A stretch of DNA of 64,000 nucleotides from Ramazzottius varieornatus (taxonomy: Eukaryota; Animalia; Tardigrada). The stretch lies in the NCBI GenBank assembly GCA_001949185.1, contig BDGG01000007.1:693401-757400 (forward strand), written 5' to 3'. Shown here piece by piece: positions 1 to 11,130 of this stretch (the stretch's first letter is position 1; the number at the start of each line of letters is the position of its first letter). Under the pieces are notes generated by a model. It was not told the DNA's origin. It saw nothing but the letters and a program-made list of their open reading frames with translations, and ran no database searches. The position numbers and the translations under genes were made by a program.

Positions 1-1366
1 TAGCACGTTACAGTCGTCAACTTCAACTACTTCTTCCGCTACCACCGACAGCTAGGCGAATGAGTACGCAAAGTCAATTGTTGCGTCCACCTTCCGCCGA
101 CTAGAAGGACGTATCAATTCACCTGTCTCCGACGTGGACCAACCAATTTCTTCGGTCAACGCTAATCTGGTAGACCATCACCACAACCAGCACGAACACG
201 CCCGAACGGCAAAACAACGGGACGTGGTACAACGGTAACATCAACCGCAACTACAACTATCGCGGTGCCTTTAACGGACAAGCCAGTTTCCGAGGAGGAT
301 ACCGCAACCAGTCCAACAGAGGATACCAAGGTTACAACGACTACAACCGGTACCAGAACAGTAACAACAACCGGAGCTATGGTGGAAACTCCAACAACAG
401 TGGATACCGCGGTAACGGTAACGGAAACAACTACAGAAATGGTTCCAGTGGAGGTTTCAACCGCAACGACAACGGATTTCAGAACAACGGATTCAACCGG
501 TCCAACAGTGTTACAACGGTCGTTACAAGAACCGTAACGGCGACACCAACATCCAGACGCCGAGACCACAGTACCAAGAGGTGGTCACAACAGAAACAGT
601 ACAGACACGACCGGGTAACAATAACATTACGGGTGGTACTACAAATACCACCAGTCAGTCAGCAAGGACTTTCACTGTGACGTCTAGACCAACCAACCGA
701 GCAGTGTCTTGTTACGTCTGCGGCGGACCACACTTCGCCTCCGGCTGTCCAGACCGACCCAACAAAGCCTCTACCGGACCTCAAGCACGTCGCGACCAGA
801 TGAACTCCATGACGTACGCGCCACCACGACAATCTTCCATGCTTGTGATGACCTCCGATGACAGCAACACTGCTACCGATGTCCTGAAGAACCATGTTTC
901 AATCGATTCCGGTCAACCAGCTATCGTCAAGCTAGAAATTGAAGGTACGCCAGCCTTTGCCCTATTCGACTCTGGAAGTACAGTCACGTGCGTATCCTTG
1001 GATGTTATCAAGCAGCTATCCTTGCTACCCCTCCTGCAACGTGACGAGCACACCAAGACGATCGGTCACACGACGATCACAGAAGGCCACATTGACCTCA
1101 AAATTACAGCCTACAACAGATCTACATGGTGCAGAGCTCATGTACTGCAACTAATGCCACGGAAATACGACTTCATCTTGTCTCGGCCAGACTTTCTCAA
1201 GCTAACCGGGACCAATAGTCCAGTCTGGGTCCTCCAGTCTGGGTCCCTAGTGATCAGTTACCCAATCAACAGATGGTCGAGAAAGACAACGCTACGTTTG
1301 TATCGTGTATCAGGAATCCAGCATATCCTCCTATCAACGTCACGAAGCATCACACAGATCAACTAG
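1..1366 (+). mobile_element. Ty3/Gypsy LTR retrotransposon gag-protease region (degenerate, frameshifted)
   Basis: Zinc knuckle CYVCGGPHFASGC (CX2CX4HX4C) at ~706-745 and retropepsin motif ALFDSGS at ~960-980 in ORF 581..1366. An N/G/Y/R-rich stretch lies upstream (~190-510) in a shifted frame, with stops and frameshifts. Confidence 0.85.
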
Positions 1367-1722
1367 CCCTCTTCAAGGATAACCCTATCTTTCGCTTTGG
1401 GCTAAACAGGGCTCTTCTTACCTTGGAGTCAACCAAGGATCCGTTCACCTGTGCATGCGGGACACCAGATGCTTCATGGCTTGCCTACCGCATTCATGTC
1501 TTCTCCTGCCCACAAGCTTCAGCACAACACCTTGGTCCTAATTTCAGGTGTCGCTGTAAGCAGGAGTGCGTCAACCGAGACCAGTGGAAAACACATCTTT
1601 GGTCTTGCACGATGATACAACATGTACGTGACACAATATTCACATGCGATAAGCCATACTGCTTCTACGCCACGGAAGACAGTGACCAGATGAATGACCA
1701 CGCCACTTTGCATGAAAAGTGA
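1273..1722 (+). CDS. Three zinc-finger-like repeats between retrotransposon protease and RT
   Basis: CAC-x12-H-x3-C, CRC-x12-H-x3-C and C-x4-C-x12-H-x3-H in ORF 1273..1722. Confidence 0.6.
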   Translation: MVEKDNATFVSCIRNPAYPPINVTKHHTDQLALFKDNPIFRFGLNRALLTLESTKDPFTCACGTPDASWLAYRIHVFSCPQASAQHLGPNFRCRCKQECVNRDQWKTHLWSCTMIQHVRDTIFTCDKPYCFYATEDSDQMNDHATLHEK

Positions 1723-2392
1723 GACAAACAACCTTCGGCAGAGGTATTGGTGTAGCTAACGTCGAGCCACTCCGTATCGATACGGGGAATGCCAAGCCAA
1801 TATGGCAGCCTGCGCGCCGGATGCCACAGAAAGAGCGGGAGATAATCAGCGCAGAAATAAAGACGCTTATCGACCAAGAGCTCATCGAACCTAGTCGCAG
1901 TCCTTGGGCCTCCCCAGTAGTCCTAGTCCCAAAGAACATCGATCCCCCCAGTTGGAGACTGTGCGGTGACTACCGGCGTCTTAATACGGTAGTAGTGGAG
2001 CCTAAATACTGTATGCCACTCATATCGGATATCCTCGATTCCATGCGTGGAGGCCGCTATTTTACAACCATCGCACTTGTACAAGGATATAACCAAATCC
2101 CAGGACACAACGATTCGCGCGACAAGCTTAGCGTAATCACAGATGCTGGAACATTTCGGTATAAAGTATTACCATTTGGAGTAAACCTCGCCAGTTCCAT
2201 CTTTCAACAAACCATGAATACTCTCTTCGGCGACATGCTAAACCGCGACGTGTCAATCTACGTCGATGACATGGCAATTAGCTCTACAACTTTCGATGAA
2301 CACCTAGCCAAGCTACGCCGTGTGTTCCAGTGTCTACGGGAAGCAAACTTTACAGTCAACGTGAAGAAGTCACGGTTTGCCATGCCATCGGC
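1719..2392 (+). mobile_element. Gypsy reverse transcriptase (truncated)
   Basis: SPWASPVVLVPK, RLCGDYRRLN, LPFGV and YVDD motifs. The RT breaks off at ~2392, where an LTR-like fragment begins. Confidence 0.9.
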
Positions 2393-2497
2393 AAAGAGAA
2401 AACTCTCCCCAGTCAGTTCCCTTTTGATCCTAATTCCTTCTTTATCGACCGACCTTGTAGGGTTCTTGTCTAGCCAGCGGGCAGAAGGCTTTACACA
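2393..2497 (+). repeat. LTR 3'-end-like fragment, inverted copy of 3815-3911
   Basis: 2396-2477 is the reverse complement of 3829-3910 with few mismatches. The fragment ends in ...ttacaca. Confidence 0.7.
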
Positions 2498-3352
2498 ATC
2501 ATCCAAGAAAGTCAAACATTCAGTAAACTGCATTCCTGCGAGGATTACACGCATCACTGCTTGCCAGCTTGAGCTCGCGTTACAAAGGCCCATTGGCATT
2601 ACGTTACAGCTCCACACGCCATCTTGTGTGCAGAATGCTGCTTTCTTCTTGTCTTCTTCCGTCATTTCTAATTGCCAAAAGGCATTCGCAGTCTACAGAC
2701 GTAAAGTACTTCGAGTCTTCCATACAGTGCGAACAGTCATCAATATTTGGAAGTGGATAACAGCATTTTTCTGTGACATCATTCAACTTGCGAAAATCTG
2801 CCACATCCTCATTTGTCCATCCTTTTTCTTCACGAGAAGAAAGGGAAACGCCAATGGGCTTTCAGCCGGAGAGGTGAGGTTCTGATCGAGAATTTCTCTT
2901 ACATGATAATTACATAATTCTCGCTTCTGCGGGCTGTACGGTATTGGTCGGACCTTGATCGGTTGAGAAGTGCCTGTGTTAATCTTGTGCTTGAAAATCG
3001 TGCATCTGCCTAAAGGCCTTTCTTTTGTCGGCATAACCTCGAAATCACGCAAAACATTCATGAGTTGTTCCTTCATTACTGCTGAAATCTCTGGGTTGTC
3101 GATTTTTATGAGTTCCTCCCACGCTGCAGCCTTCGCTTCTGTGGGTTCACTGTGATGTTCATCTTCATTACATAGACTATAGTCATCGTCCACATTCTCA
3201 ATTTCATGGAGCTCATCTTCCGCTGCGGCGGATTTTATGTTGGCCACATGGGAATTTTTCTCTTTATGTTGGCCGCATGGGATTTTTTGCTGAAATTGGT
3301 CAGACAGACTTCTATGCTTCCCTGCAAAACGCTTTAAACAGCATAATTGCAT
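2498..3352 (-). mobile_element. Second Gypsy pol (RT) fragment, opposite strand, frameshifted
   Basis: HKINTGTSQPIKVRP, SPLAFPFLLVKKKDG, DFRKLN, MPMGLCNA and FLDD motifs are spread over ORFs 2783..3352, 2604..2804 and 2258..2665. Confidence 0.85.
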
Positions 3353-3814
3353 TTCACGTGGCTTCTATCATACAACGCAAATTAAGGTGTTAACTCTACA
3401 CATTCACTGTTACAAATGTTCTCCTTAGACACCGCTACCTTAACGTTTGTCATGTGACGTGGCCTAAGGCTCATTTTGCTGATAAGTTTGACTGGAGTCA
3501 AAACTTTATTCTTCTCTGGTTTTTTCGGTCTGAAGACCTCCTCAAGTGCTTCGCCTAGATCTAGGTTCCGCAACTCGGCCACTTCTTTGGCAAACAACTC
3601 TTTCCGGCTGAGACCCGTTTGAAGCGTGTGAGCTGGCTGTCGCGTGGTTCGCTCCAAGAGCTTCAGCTCGATGACGTTGGTTCCTGGAGCGTCATCTCGC
3701 TTTTTGCCAACTCCTGACGTTTCAACCTTTCCTACTGTAATTATTTTTATATCTGGCGTATTCTCCATGGCTTCAGCCTTCTTGGTCATTTCACACTCCT
3801 TCAGCGGCTGAACC

Positions 3815-4016
3815 TGTGAAGCCTTCCACTGGCTAGACAAGAACCCTACAAGGTTGGTTGATGAAGAAGGAATTAGGATCAAGAGGAAACTGACTGGGGA
3901 GAGTTTTCTTTATTAGTAATGCTAGGTCTCAAGAGAAGGAAAGGAAAAGGCCGCCCCGATTGTTACTGAACAGTCGGTTTATATACTTTGACTGCTTTGC
4001 TGTCAAAGTATATAAA
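3815..4016 (-). repeat. LTR-like fragment (TATA, polyA signal, CA end)
   Basis: On the minus strand: TATATAAA (~3978-3985), AATAAA (~3909-3914) and a terminus ...ggcttcaca at 3815. Confidence 0.55.
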
Positions 4017-4058
4017 GAAAGGAAAATCGAAAGCAGTAACCTAATGATAAAAATTTAC

Positions 4059-4980
4059 CTAATTTTGATCTGAGGCGTACTTTTCTGTCTCCCAGTGACA
4101 GACCACTTCGGCGAAGTCGCGCTTGAAGCGAGCGGCATCGTAGTCGCTGAACGTTGGAGACAGCGTCCGTGGTGCCGGGATGTTCATAAAGTCCACCCAG
4201 TCTTGCTTCTGCGTGTTGTAGATTGGGGGAAGCATCGGCGGGGCCGGGAACCCCTGCCCATGCTGTTGAATAAACCCCTGGGTTTGGTTGTATGTTTGCA
4301 CCACTTGACCTCTAACACATGGCGGTTCACGTTTATCATTTCCCGGCTGTTGATTAAATGTCTGTTGTGTAGGCTGGTAGTTGAACTGCTGCAGCTGCTG
4401 GTTAAAATTTCGCTGTTGAGGCTGATTGAACCCCTGCTGCTGATTGAAAAAGTCACATTCCCGATTATCGGAATCATGATACGGTGTGGGAGGACGATTG
4501 ACCATACGAGGCGCACTAAAGCCCGGCTGGATGTCACTAAAAGGCTTACCGGCCTGCTGGTTTTGTTGTTGGCCAACGCTTCCAGACGCGGTGTGGCGAG
4601 AGTGATCCCTGGGTACTCTCGGAGAAATCTCGCCAGTTCGGATGCGTGCCATGAAGGCGCCCATTTGGTGCATGTCTAGCTCGAAGGATGTCACCTTAAA
4701 ACCCTACTTGGTGAACCTGATGGTTCCCCGCCCATCTGTCAGTTTCGACGTTCCCGGCTTCACACAAATAGTGAAGACGTCTGCCCTGGCTCTCCCCCAA
4801 CTTGAGCTATGCCATCAAGCCCTGCATCCATCCGACAAAGTTGTCAAAGTCGGATAGACTTAAACGCAGGGCTTCTTCCCCAGGGCTTCTTCCCCCGACC
4901 ATGCAACATAGCCATTCTTCCTCTCAGAGTATCGGCGGAAGTCGAAAAAGAACTGCTCGTTCCAGTAGGAGAAACCGCCC
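4059..4980 (-). mobile_element. Probable degenerate gag-like region (Q/N/P-rich) of the minus-strand element
   Basis: Q/N-rich 211-aa ORF on the same strand as, and upstream of, the minus-strand RT. No diagnostic motif recognised. Confidence 0.35.
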
Positions 4981-5086
4981 GCAAAATCGTTTAGCTAAAA
5001 ATGATACGTAATGCCATGAGGATAGTACAGTGCGCTCGTTACAGCTGAAAAGTTTTTTGGCTGTTTAAGGAACAAACAGTATTAAA

Positions 5087-5411
5087 TTATGCGCAATTCG
5101 AAAGTCGGCAAAAATTTTCTGAAACAGCCCACTTCATGTCCATTTTATTCGCCACGTCTAGTACAACGAGTTTCTCTGAGTCGATCAAAAGTGGATGGTC
5201 CATTGATGAACGCTTAAACTTGGTAAAATAAGTTGGACATAGTCTGATCCGAATCCAATTATTCGTCGAAAATTCCTACAATAGTACCGAAAAGTTAGCA
5301 GGTGGCAGCACTTACCGTGAACAAGACGTTGCGTGTTTCGAAGAACTTTAGCCAGTCGACTTGTGGCTGCTCCGGATTGTAGACTGCAATCGCATTGTAG
5401 GTTTGGGCCAT
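5087..5411 (-). CDS. Hypothetical 94-aa two-exon protein
   Basis: ATG 5411, exon 5411-5316, a 40-nt intron GTAAGT..GCTAAC..TAG (5315-5276), then exon 5275-5087 open to TAA. Confidence 0.35.
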
Positions 5412-6339
5412 GATGAGTTTTATCGGACTGTAGCGAAGGTGAAGGGGGAGATAATACCGCGGTCGGTGAGCGTTTGATCGATGCGACGAAAAGATCGGAA
5501 CGTGTCGAGGATCGGACGGGGATGAAGGGCAGGAGCTGGCTTTACACGGGTTTGGAAAAGCACGACTGATGGTTCGTCAGTAACGAGGAAATGAGAAATC
5601 TGGCAAACTAAGAAGCGGTAATAGAGCTTGCAGCGATCACGTAAGAAACCGTACCCTTCGTTTACTTCGATAAGGCTGGAAATCGGAACTTTGACTGAAA
5701 CGTTCAAAGCAACGACAGACATGCCGGAAAATCAAACTGATAAGAAGTATTCCAGAATGAGAGCTCTTTTACATGAATGCTTGACTCGGGAAGGTGGGTG
5801 TGATCGATTTCGAGTGTTGACTACTTGAAATGTTCCATCTTTGTTATACTACACTGTCGGGGTGGTGCTTTTATTCCATCCTTCTGCCGATCATATTCCA
5901 GCTCAGGTCATGAACCTGTTGATGAACTTGTTCTCACAGAAATTACGACCTGTCGACTCATTATCATAACGCTCACGACAGGTGATTCGACACCGCCCAT
6001 AGGTCATGAACCTGTTAATGATGTTCACAGAAATCTCAGCCTGTCATCCCATCGGCACAAAGGCTCACAGCAACTGACCAGACTTTTGTCACTTGTTATC
6101 ACTCCACGGTAAATTATCCGGCAGTTGACACGTTTTATTTCACATGAATTCTCAGTGTTCACCGTTTCAACAAAAGAATGCTAAAAGTACATAAATTTCT
6201 CAAGTAAAATCCACATCAAACGTCAGGAAGCATCTGTAAACAAAAGCGAAAGAGAAATCTGAAGGACTGTACAGATCTGTCTGGGAAAGAAGCTACCAAA
6301 AACCTCTACAATACATGAGTAAACGTCCGGGTCAGCAAA

Positions 6340-7239
6340 CTATTCCGACTCAATCGAGTCAGTCTCGTCAATGCGCGACGCGTAAACAGCATTCGGGTTA
6401 ACGAGACTACGGGGACTGTAAAATTCCAGTGGCTGGTCCTTGCGAAACTTTCGACGAGCGAAGTACACTGCACCGACAAAAGCCGCAACAAAGATCACGC
6501 TTGTCACAACTACCACTGCCACATACACTACGACCTTCCGCGTTGGATCTAAAATTACAAGAAACCAAATCGAAAATATTTAGAAACGTTTGAGAAAACG
6601 AAAAACACCTTGAGAAGCTTCGGAGGCTTGGCTGACATTATCCACACCGCTTTCATTGATGTATGGAATTATGGCATTAGTCTTGATGGAGGTGGTTGAG
6701 CGAGTTGTTGGTGCGGCGGTTGTAGTTTGAGCGACGTTGGTGCTACTGTACAAGCATCCCACAATGGCAACTTCTAGCTGCTGCGATGGACACTCCAGGT
6801 CGGCATTGTTGGTTAGAACTAGCAGCTTCAATTTCGGGTAGGACATCAACAGCAAAGACACGTTCACGTGGCGAATCGAGTTGTCAGAAGCCAGGATCTG
6901 AAAATAATTACAAGTATTGGAATTCAAAATACACATTGTGAACATCTGTAAATGGTTGGTCACCCCATACCATCCAACTTTTTCCAGTGAGAACTTTAAA
7001 GTTGGAAACATAACAATTTTGGGGTGTTATGTCACGTATGTCAAGTCAAGTCAGGTCAGGTCAGTTCGCAAACTTACCGTTCGGATACTCCCGTCAATCA
7101 CTCCATCCTCCCCGCCCAAGCTTGTCAAGGCCATGTCACGGCAGTCAATCACCGCCTCCAGTTGACAGGAACACTTGAGCGAACAGGCCTGTTCGGTTCC
7201 AGCGAAGAACTTCAACAACAGAGCGTACAGTAGCAGCAT
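6340..7239 (-). CDS. Small LRR-containing type I membrane protein (219 aa)
   Basis: Exons 7239-7078, 6897-6609 and 6548-6340 splice in frame via GT-AG introns. Signal peptide, LRRNT (CSLKCSCQLEAVIDCRDMALTSL), ~2 LRRs, Thr-rich stalk, TM helix, basic stop-transfer ARRKFRK, short Tyr-containing tail. Confidence 0.75.
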
Positions 7240-8316
7240 CTTGGATTCGGAACGTAACAACCTGCAACTAAAAGCAAGCAAACATTTGTTCGAAACTCGC
7301 GCACTATATCAGTACATCGCTGTATAAAGTGCGCCGCTCTGAGTGGGTACAGCAAACGACAATTGGTCATCCCCGATCAACTCGCGCATATTTTCCGAAA
7401 TAGCTCATGTCACTGCGCGACACGGAAAAATTATCAAAGTGGACACTCTCACCTCGATGGATAACTTATCCACCGTCAGACATCCACCACCGACTCGGAT
7501 TCCGTCCAATAGACTTGGTAGAAGCTTTGAGGAGCTTGTGGAAGTTAGGCAAAGCAGACTTCGCCTTTCGGACCAGCACTTCCTCCTTAACAACCGGTGT
7601 TTCTCTTTTCACAGGTCCCAGTTTAACCGGCAATTTTTGCGGCTTTTTCCATTAAGGATTTAAGCGATTTTACGAAAACTGATTTTCTAACCCCCAGCTG
7701 TTTGAGTAATTTAACTAAAAAGATGATAATCTAACCAGGAAGTGAATTTCAAACCCGGAAGTGATTTTGCCGGCGGAAGTGAATGGTTGCAATGACGTCA
7801 GAAGAACTGAGCAATCGGATGCGATAACAACCGCGCGGTGACATCGGGGCGGCATAGGGTGCAGGAAGCGATGCCATCGGTTTTGGCGTAAAACGATGGG
7901 TAACCTTGATACGCGGAATGAAACCAAGATCGTCCGGTCATCAGATGGAGGTCATGAATTTTTGATCTGATCGAGAAATTATTCTGACCCCGCAGAGCAG
8001 TTTTTTCGGCGAAACCAGCTCTAAATTCGGTTGGGCGAATTGAGCGGTTAATCCAAGGTAAAACTGCCGAACTTTTTACCAGTTTCCCATTAAAATTCAG
8101 GAGGGAATTGGCAATTAACTTCGGGCTCGCCACGAAGTCGACGACAGGGAATTAGCAGGTTGTTCTTGGCGTACCAGCGATCCGGATAGGCTGGACACTT
8201 TCGGTCTATTATGCACTGTTCTCGAAATTTCCGAATGGCCTCCAACACGCGTTTGATTTGAGTTGATCAAAATAACTTAACAAGCAGTCATACATCTGTC
8301 TAACAACTATACATAT

Positions 8317-8369
8317 GACAAGCGGTTATACATCTGTTTCTGTTTCAAACGGATGTATAACCGCCTGTT
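8317..8369. repeat. Hairpin / MITE remnant
   Basis: gcggttatacatctgttt ... aaacggatgtataaccgc inverted arms. Confidence 0.6.
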
Positions 8370-8717
8370 AGATGTGTGGTTTTGTACGAAGATGTTTGGT
8401 GATCGCAAATTTTCGAACCCTGCCTCCACGTAGAGTTCGATTTCTTATAATTTTCTGAAGTTCTAACCTTGCTTCCATTGGTGCGAGCTATATGCGGGCT
8501 TCCTCGTTGGTCCACTCAAGCACCTGAAGGGCGTGGAAAATCCGTGTTTGGGAGCTGGTTTTGCTGCAATAGCGCTATTTTTGAGCGGCAGAAAAATGAA
8601 AGGATGCGTTAGAAGGAAGAAGATGATTGAAAAGATCGAGGCGTGAAAGACAGTTATCTGAAGCCGAAAGTGAGCCAATATCCAGTATTTTACCAGAGTG
8701 AGTCCACTCTGATTTAA

Positions 8718-8868
8718 CTGTATTCCTCCGATGTTCTCGCGAAGCCTGTTACGTATGGCGCCACCTGCAGGACGTACGTCAGGCATATATCTCCTCCCCC
8801 TGCACGCCGTACGTTCCGTAGGTGGCGCCATGGGTAACAGATTTCGCGAAGATATCGGCGGAATACAG
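8718..8868. mobile_element. ~150-bp MITE with ~60-bp imperfect TIRs
   Basis: ctgtattcctccgatgttctcgcgaagcctgttacgtatggcgccacct... mirrored by ...aggtggcgccatgggtaacagatttcgcgaagatatcggcggaatacag. Confidence 0.7.
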
Positions 8869-11130
8869 CTATGCTCGTTAAGCGGATTCAACGCACCCGG
8901 GAGCGGAAATGCTACATGCGGTAAAGCATGACGTCATGAAATTCAAAATTTTTTTCTGTCAGTATGGAATCATGACAAGGGTACGAGCAAAAGTTCACAA
9001 ATCATACATTCCGTAAAATCAAAAGGTGAACGGGCCGGACGCACAGCACCGGTAGACAATGGGTAAACGTAGAATGTAGGAGGAACGAGCTGAAACTTGG
9101 CGCAAATTCGCCAGGCACCGCAGAATCCTCTCCAAAAAGGTGGAGCCCGACGGTTTCCACTCATGAGTGATAATGATTTCTTGAAACTGGCCGAAGGTCA
9201 AGACGTCGCGAACAACCAGGTCGATTCTATCTGGTCATGGCCGGAAGAGTCAGCTGCCGTATTTCCGGTTACCTGCAGCGCGGTTTTTGTTCTTGCCACC
9301 AGTGGCTGGTGTACAAAATGGTTTCCCGTAAAGACTGAAATTGTCCAGATGTACAGATTTGCCGATGAGACAATCGGTAGGTATTCGGAAAGTACGGTGG
9401 CGCAATTGACAACGCAATGTTCTGCTGATAAAGCTTGATTTCAAATGCAAAATTCAATCAATTAGCCGAGCTAATCTTCCATCTACCGAGTGCCCGCCGC
9501 GCTATCAGACTTCCCCGGTCAGCTGTGACCTTCGTCAGCTGTTTTTTGACATAAACTTGGACGTTACAAAAAAAGATGATGTGCATGCCGTGGGGGTGGT
9601 CCAGTACGGCATCGTTGGGGTGGGAACTGGGAAGGTCACCGTAGGTTACATCAGATTTCCCGCCGAAATATGGGTGTATCGTCACTGCGACGTCAGAAAC
9701 ACGCCAACTGTTAAGTTCACACGGGGAAGTCTGATGGCGCGGCCGGCATTGCATCTACCGTCACCGTACTTCGGCTGCACCGGACTTGACGTTCTCTGCA
9801 GATCACACCTTAGCAGCACTTGCTGTTTCTACGGAGAACCATTTTGTATCGCAGGCAAGACGTGTATTTTACAGTCACGGTCCTTCTCATCCTCTTTTTC
9901 TTTGCTCATCCCTTCTAATTCCACCATCCAATTTTAATAAAAATTCTGCTGTCGGGTAGGATGAGCCCTTCAGTCCCTCACGTTTACCACATCAACTGTT
10001 TTCTGACATTGGTTTGCCACTGGTGGTAAAATCCCTCTCGCTGGTTGGTGTGGTCGAATTTCCTGATTCGCGCCAGTGGATCTCGTGGGAATTCAAATGT
10101 ACAAGCTTGTGCCGCTTGAGACAGATTCTTCTGGCTTCTGTTCCGATTGGTGGCACATGGACGTTCTATTAATATCACATCACTCCACCGGCAGCAGGGC
10201 ATCATCATATTTCAAAATCCGCACAACCGGCATTGAGGGGCGTGACATTTGGGTCTATGTTCAGAGGCTGTCTTACCGAAGATTGCAGCAGCCACTGGTA
10301 CGGACAGAACGAAGCGGAAGCAGTGCAGATGATGCTGCTCCCATTGGGCGACAAATGTGCGGAGTCAACAGAGGCAGTCAGTTGCCGTGCCATGCGATGA
10401 TCTATCCAGAAATTTTGCGAAAATGCAGACACTAAACCATACAAAGGCATCGCTTTGTTACAACGGCAAATTAGCTTATTGTTCACCACTGTACATTTGT
10501 AGCAAAAGCTTCTTCGGGTTCGCTGTCTGTGACTTTTTTTGGTCTGTTGCAGTCGCGAATCGGGCTCCGACGCAACCTGTCCGACCCCGCTTTACAACAT
10601 TGAATATGGGCGGGCCCTGAATCTGCTAGATTTTAAACCACTCACTCTACGTATCCGGCAAGAATTCCTCCACAAGAGCGGTTAATCTGCAGGACGATTT
10701 GAGTCGATGTGTTCTGGACACGTATTCCAGATGTTCAACGACAGACAGTTCCAACGCTTGTTCCGTACAATTTGTTTGCTGAAGCTCTCTACTGCTGGAC
10801 TATGATATGACTATAGTCCCACATCTCAATAAAAGTCAACACTATAGGATAACCTCTAAGTACTTTAGGCAGCCAAAACTATCGTCATACTCGAAAGTCA
10901 AGTGAACAAAACATAAAGAATCTGTGAAACAGGAATAAGGCGTATTAAGGGACCAAACGTGCTTCCACCCATTCCAGGTGAGCAGTGGGTTAACCAGTGC
11001 AGCACGAAAAGGGACACTTGGGTGCGAGAACAAAATGGTACTGAGTAAAACCTCAACTAAGTAACGACATGGAAGTTAAATCTAAACACAAAAATTAGGA
11101 TGATGAAGATTGACTTGAAAGAAAAGAGCG

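Noticed and set aside
162-569. Thr- or Val-rich mucin-like ORFs
   Set aside because: Off-frame and antisense shadows of the Asn-rich Gag region.
1719-2885. 388-aa ORF as a single intact pol
   Set aside because: After ~2392 it reads through an LTR fragment and the antisense of another RT, so it is a chance fusion.
8900-10900. Short ORFs in the intergenic region
   Set aside because: No motifs or splice-consistent structure recognised.
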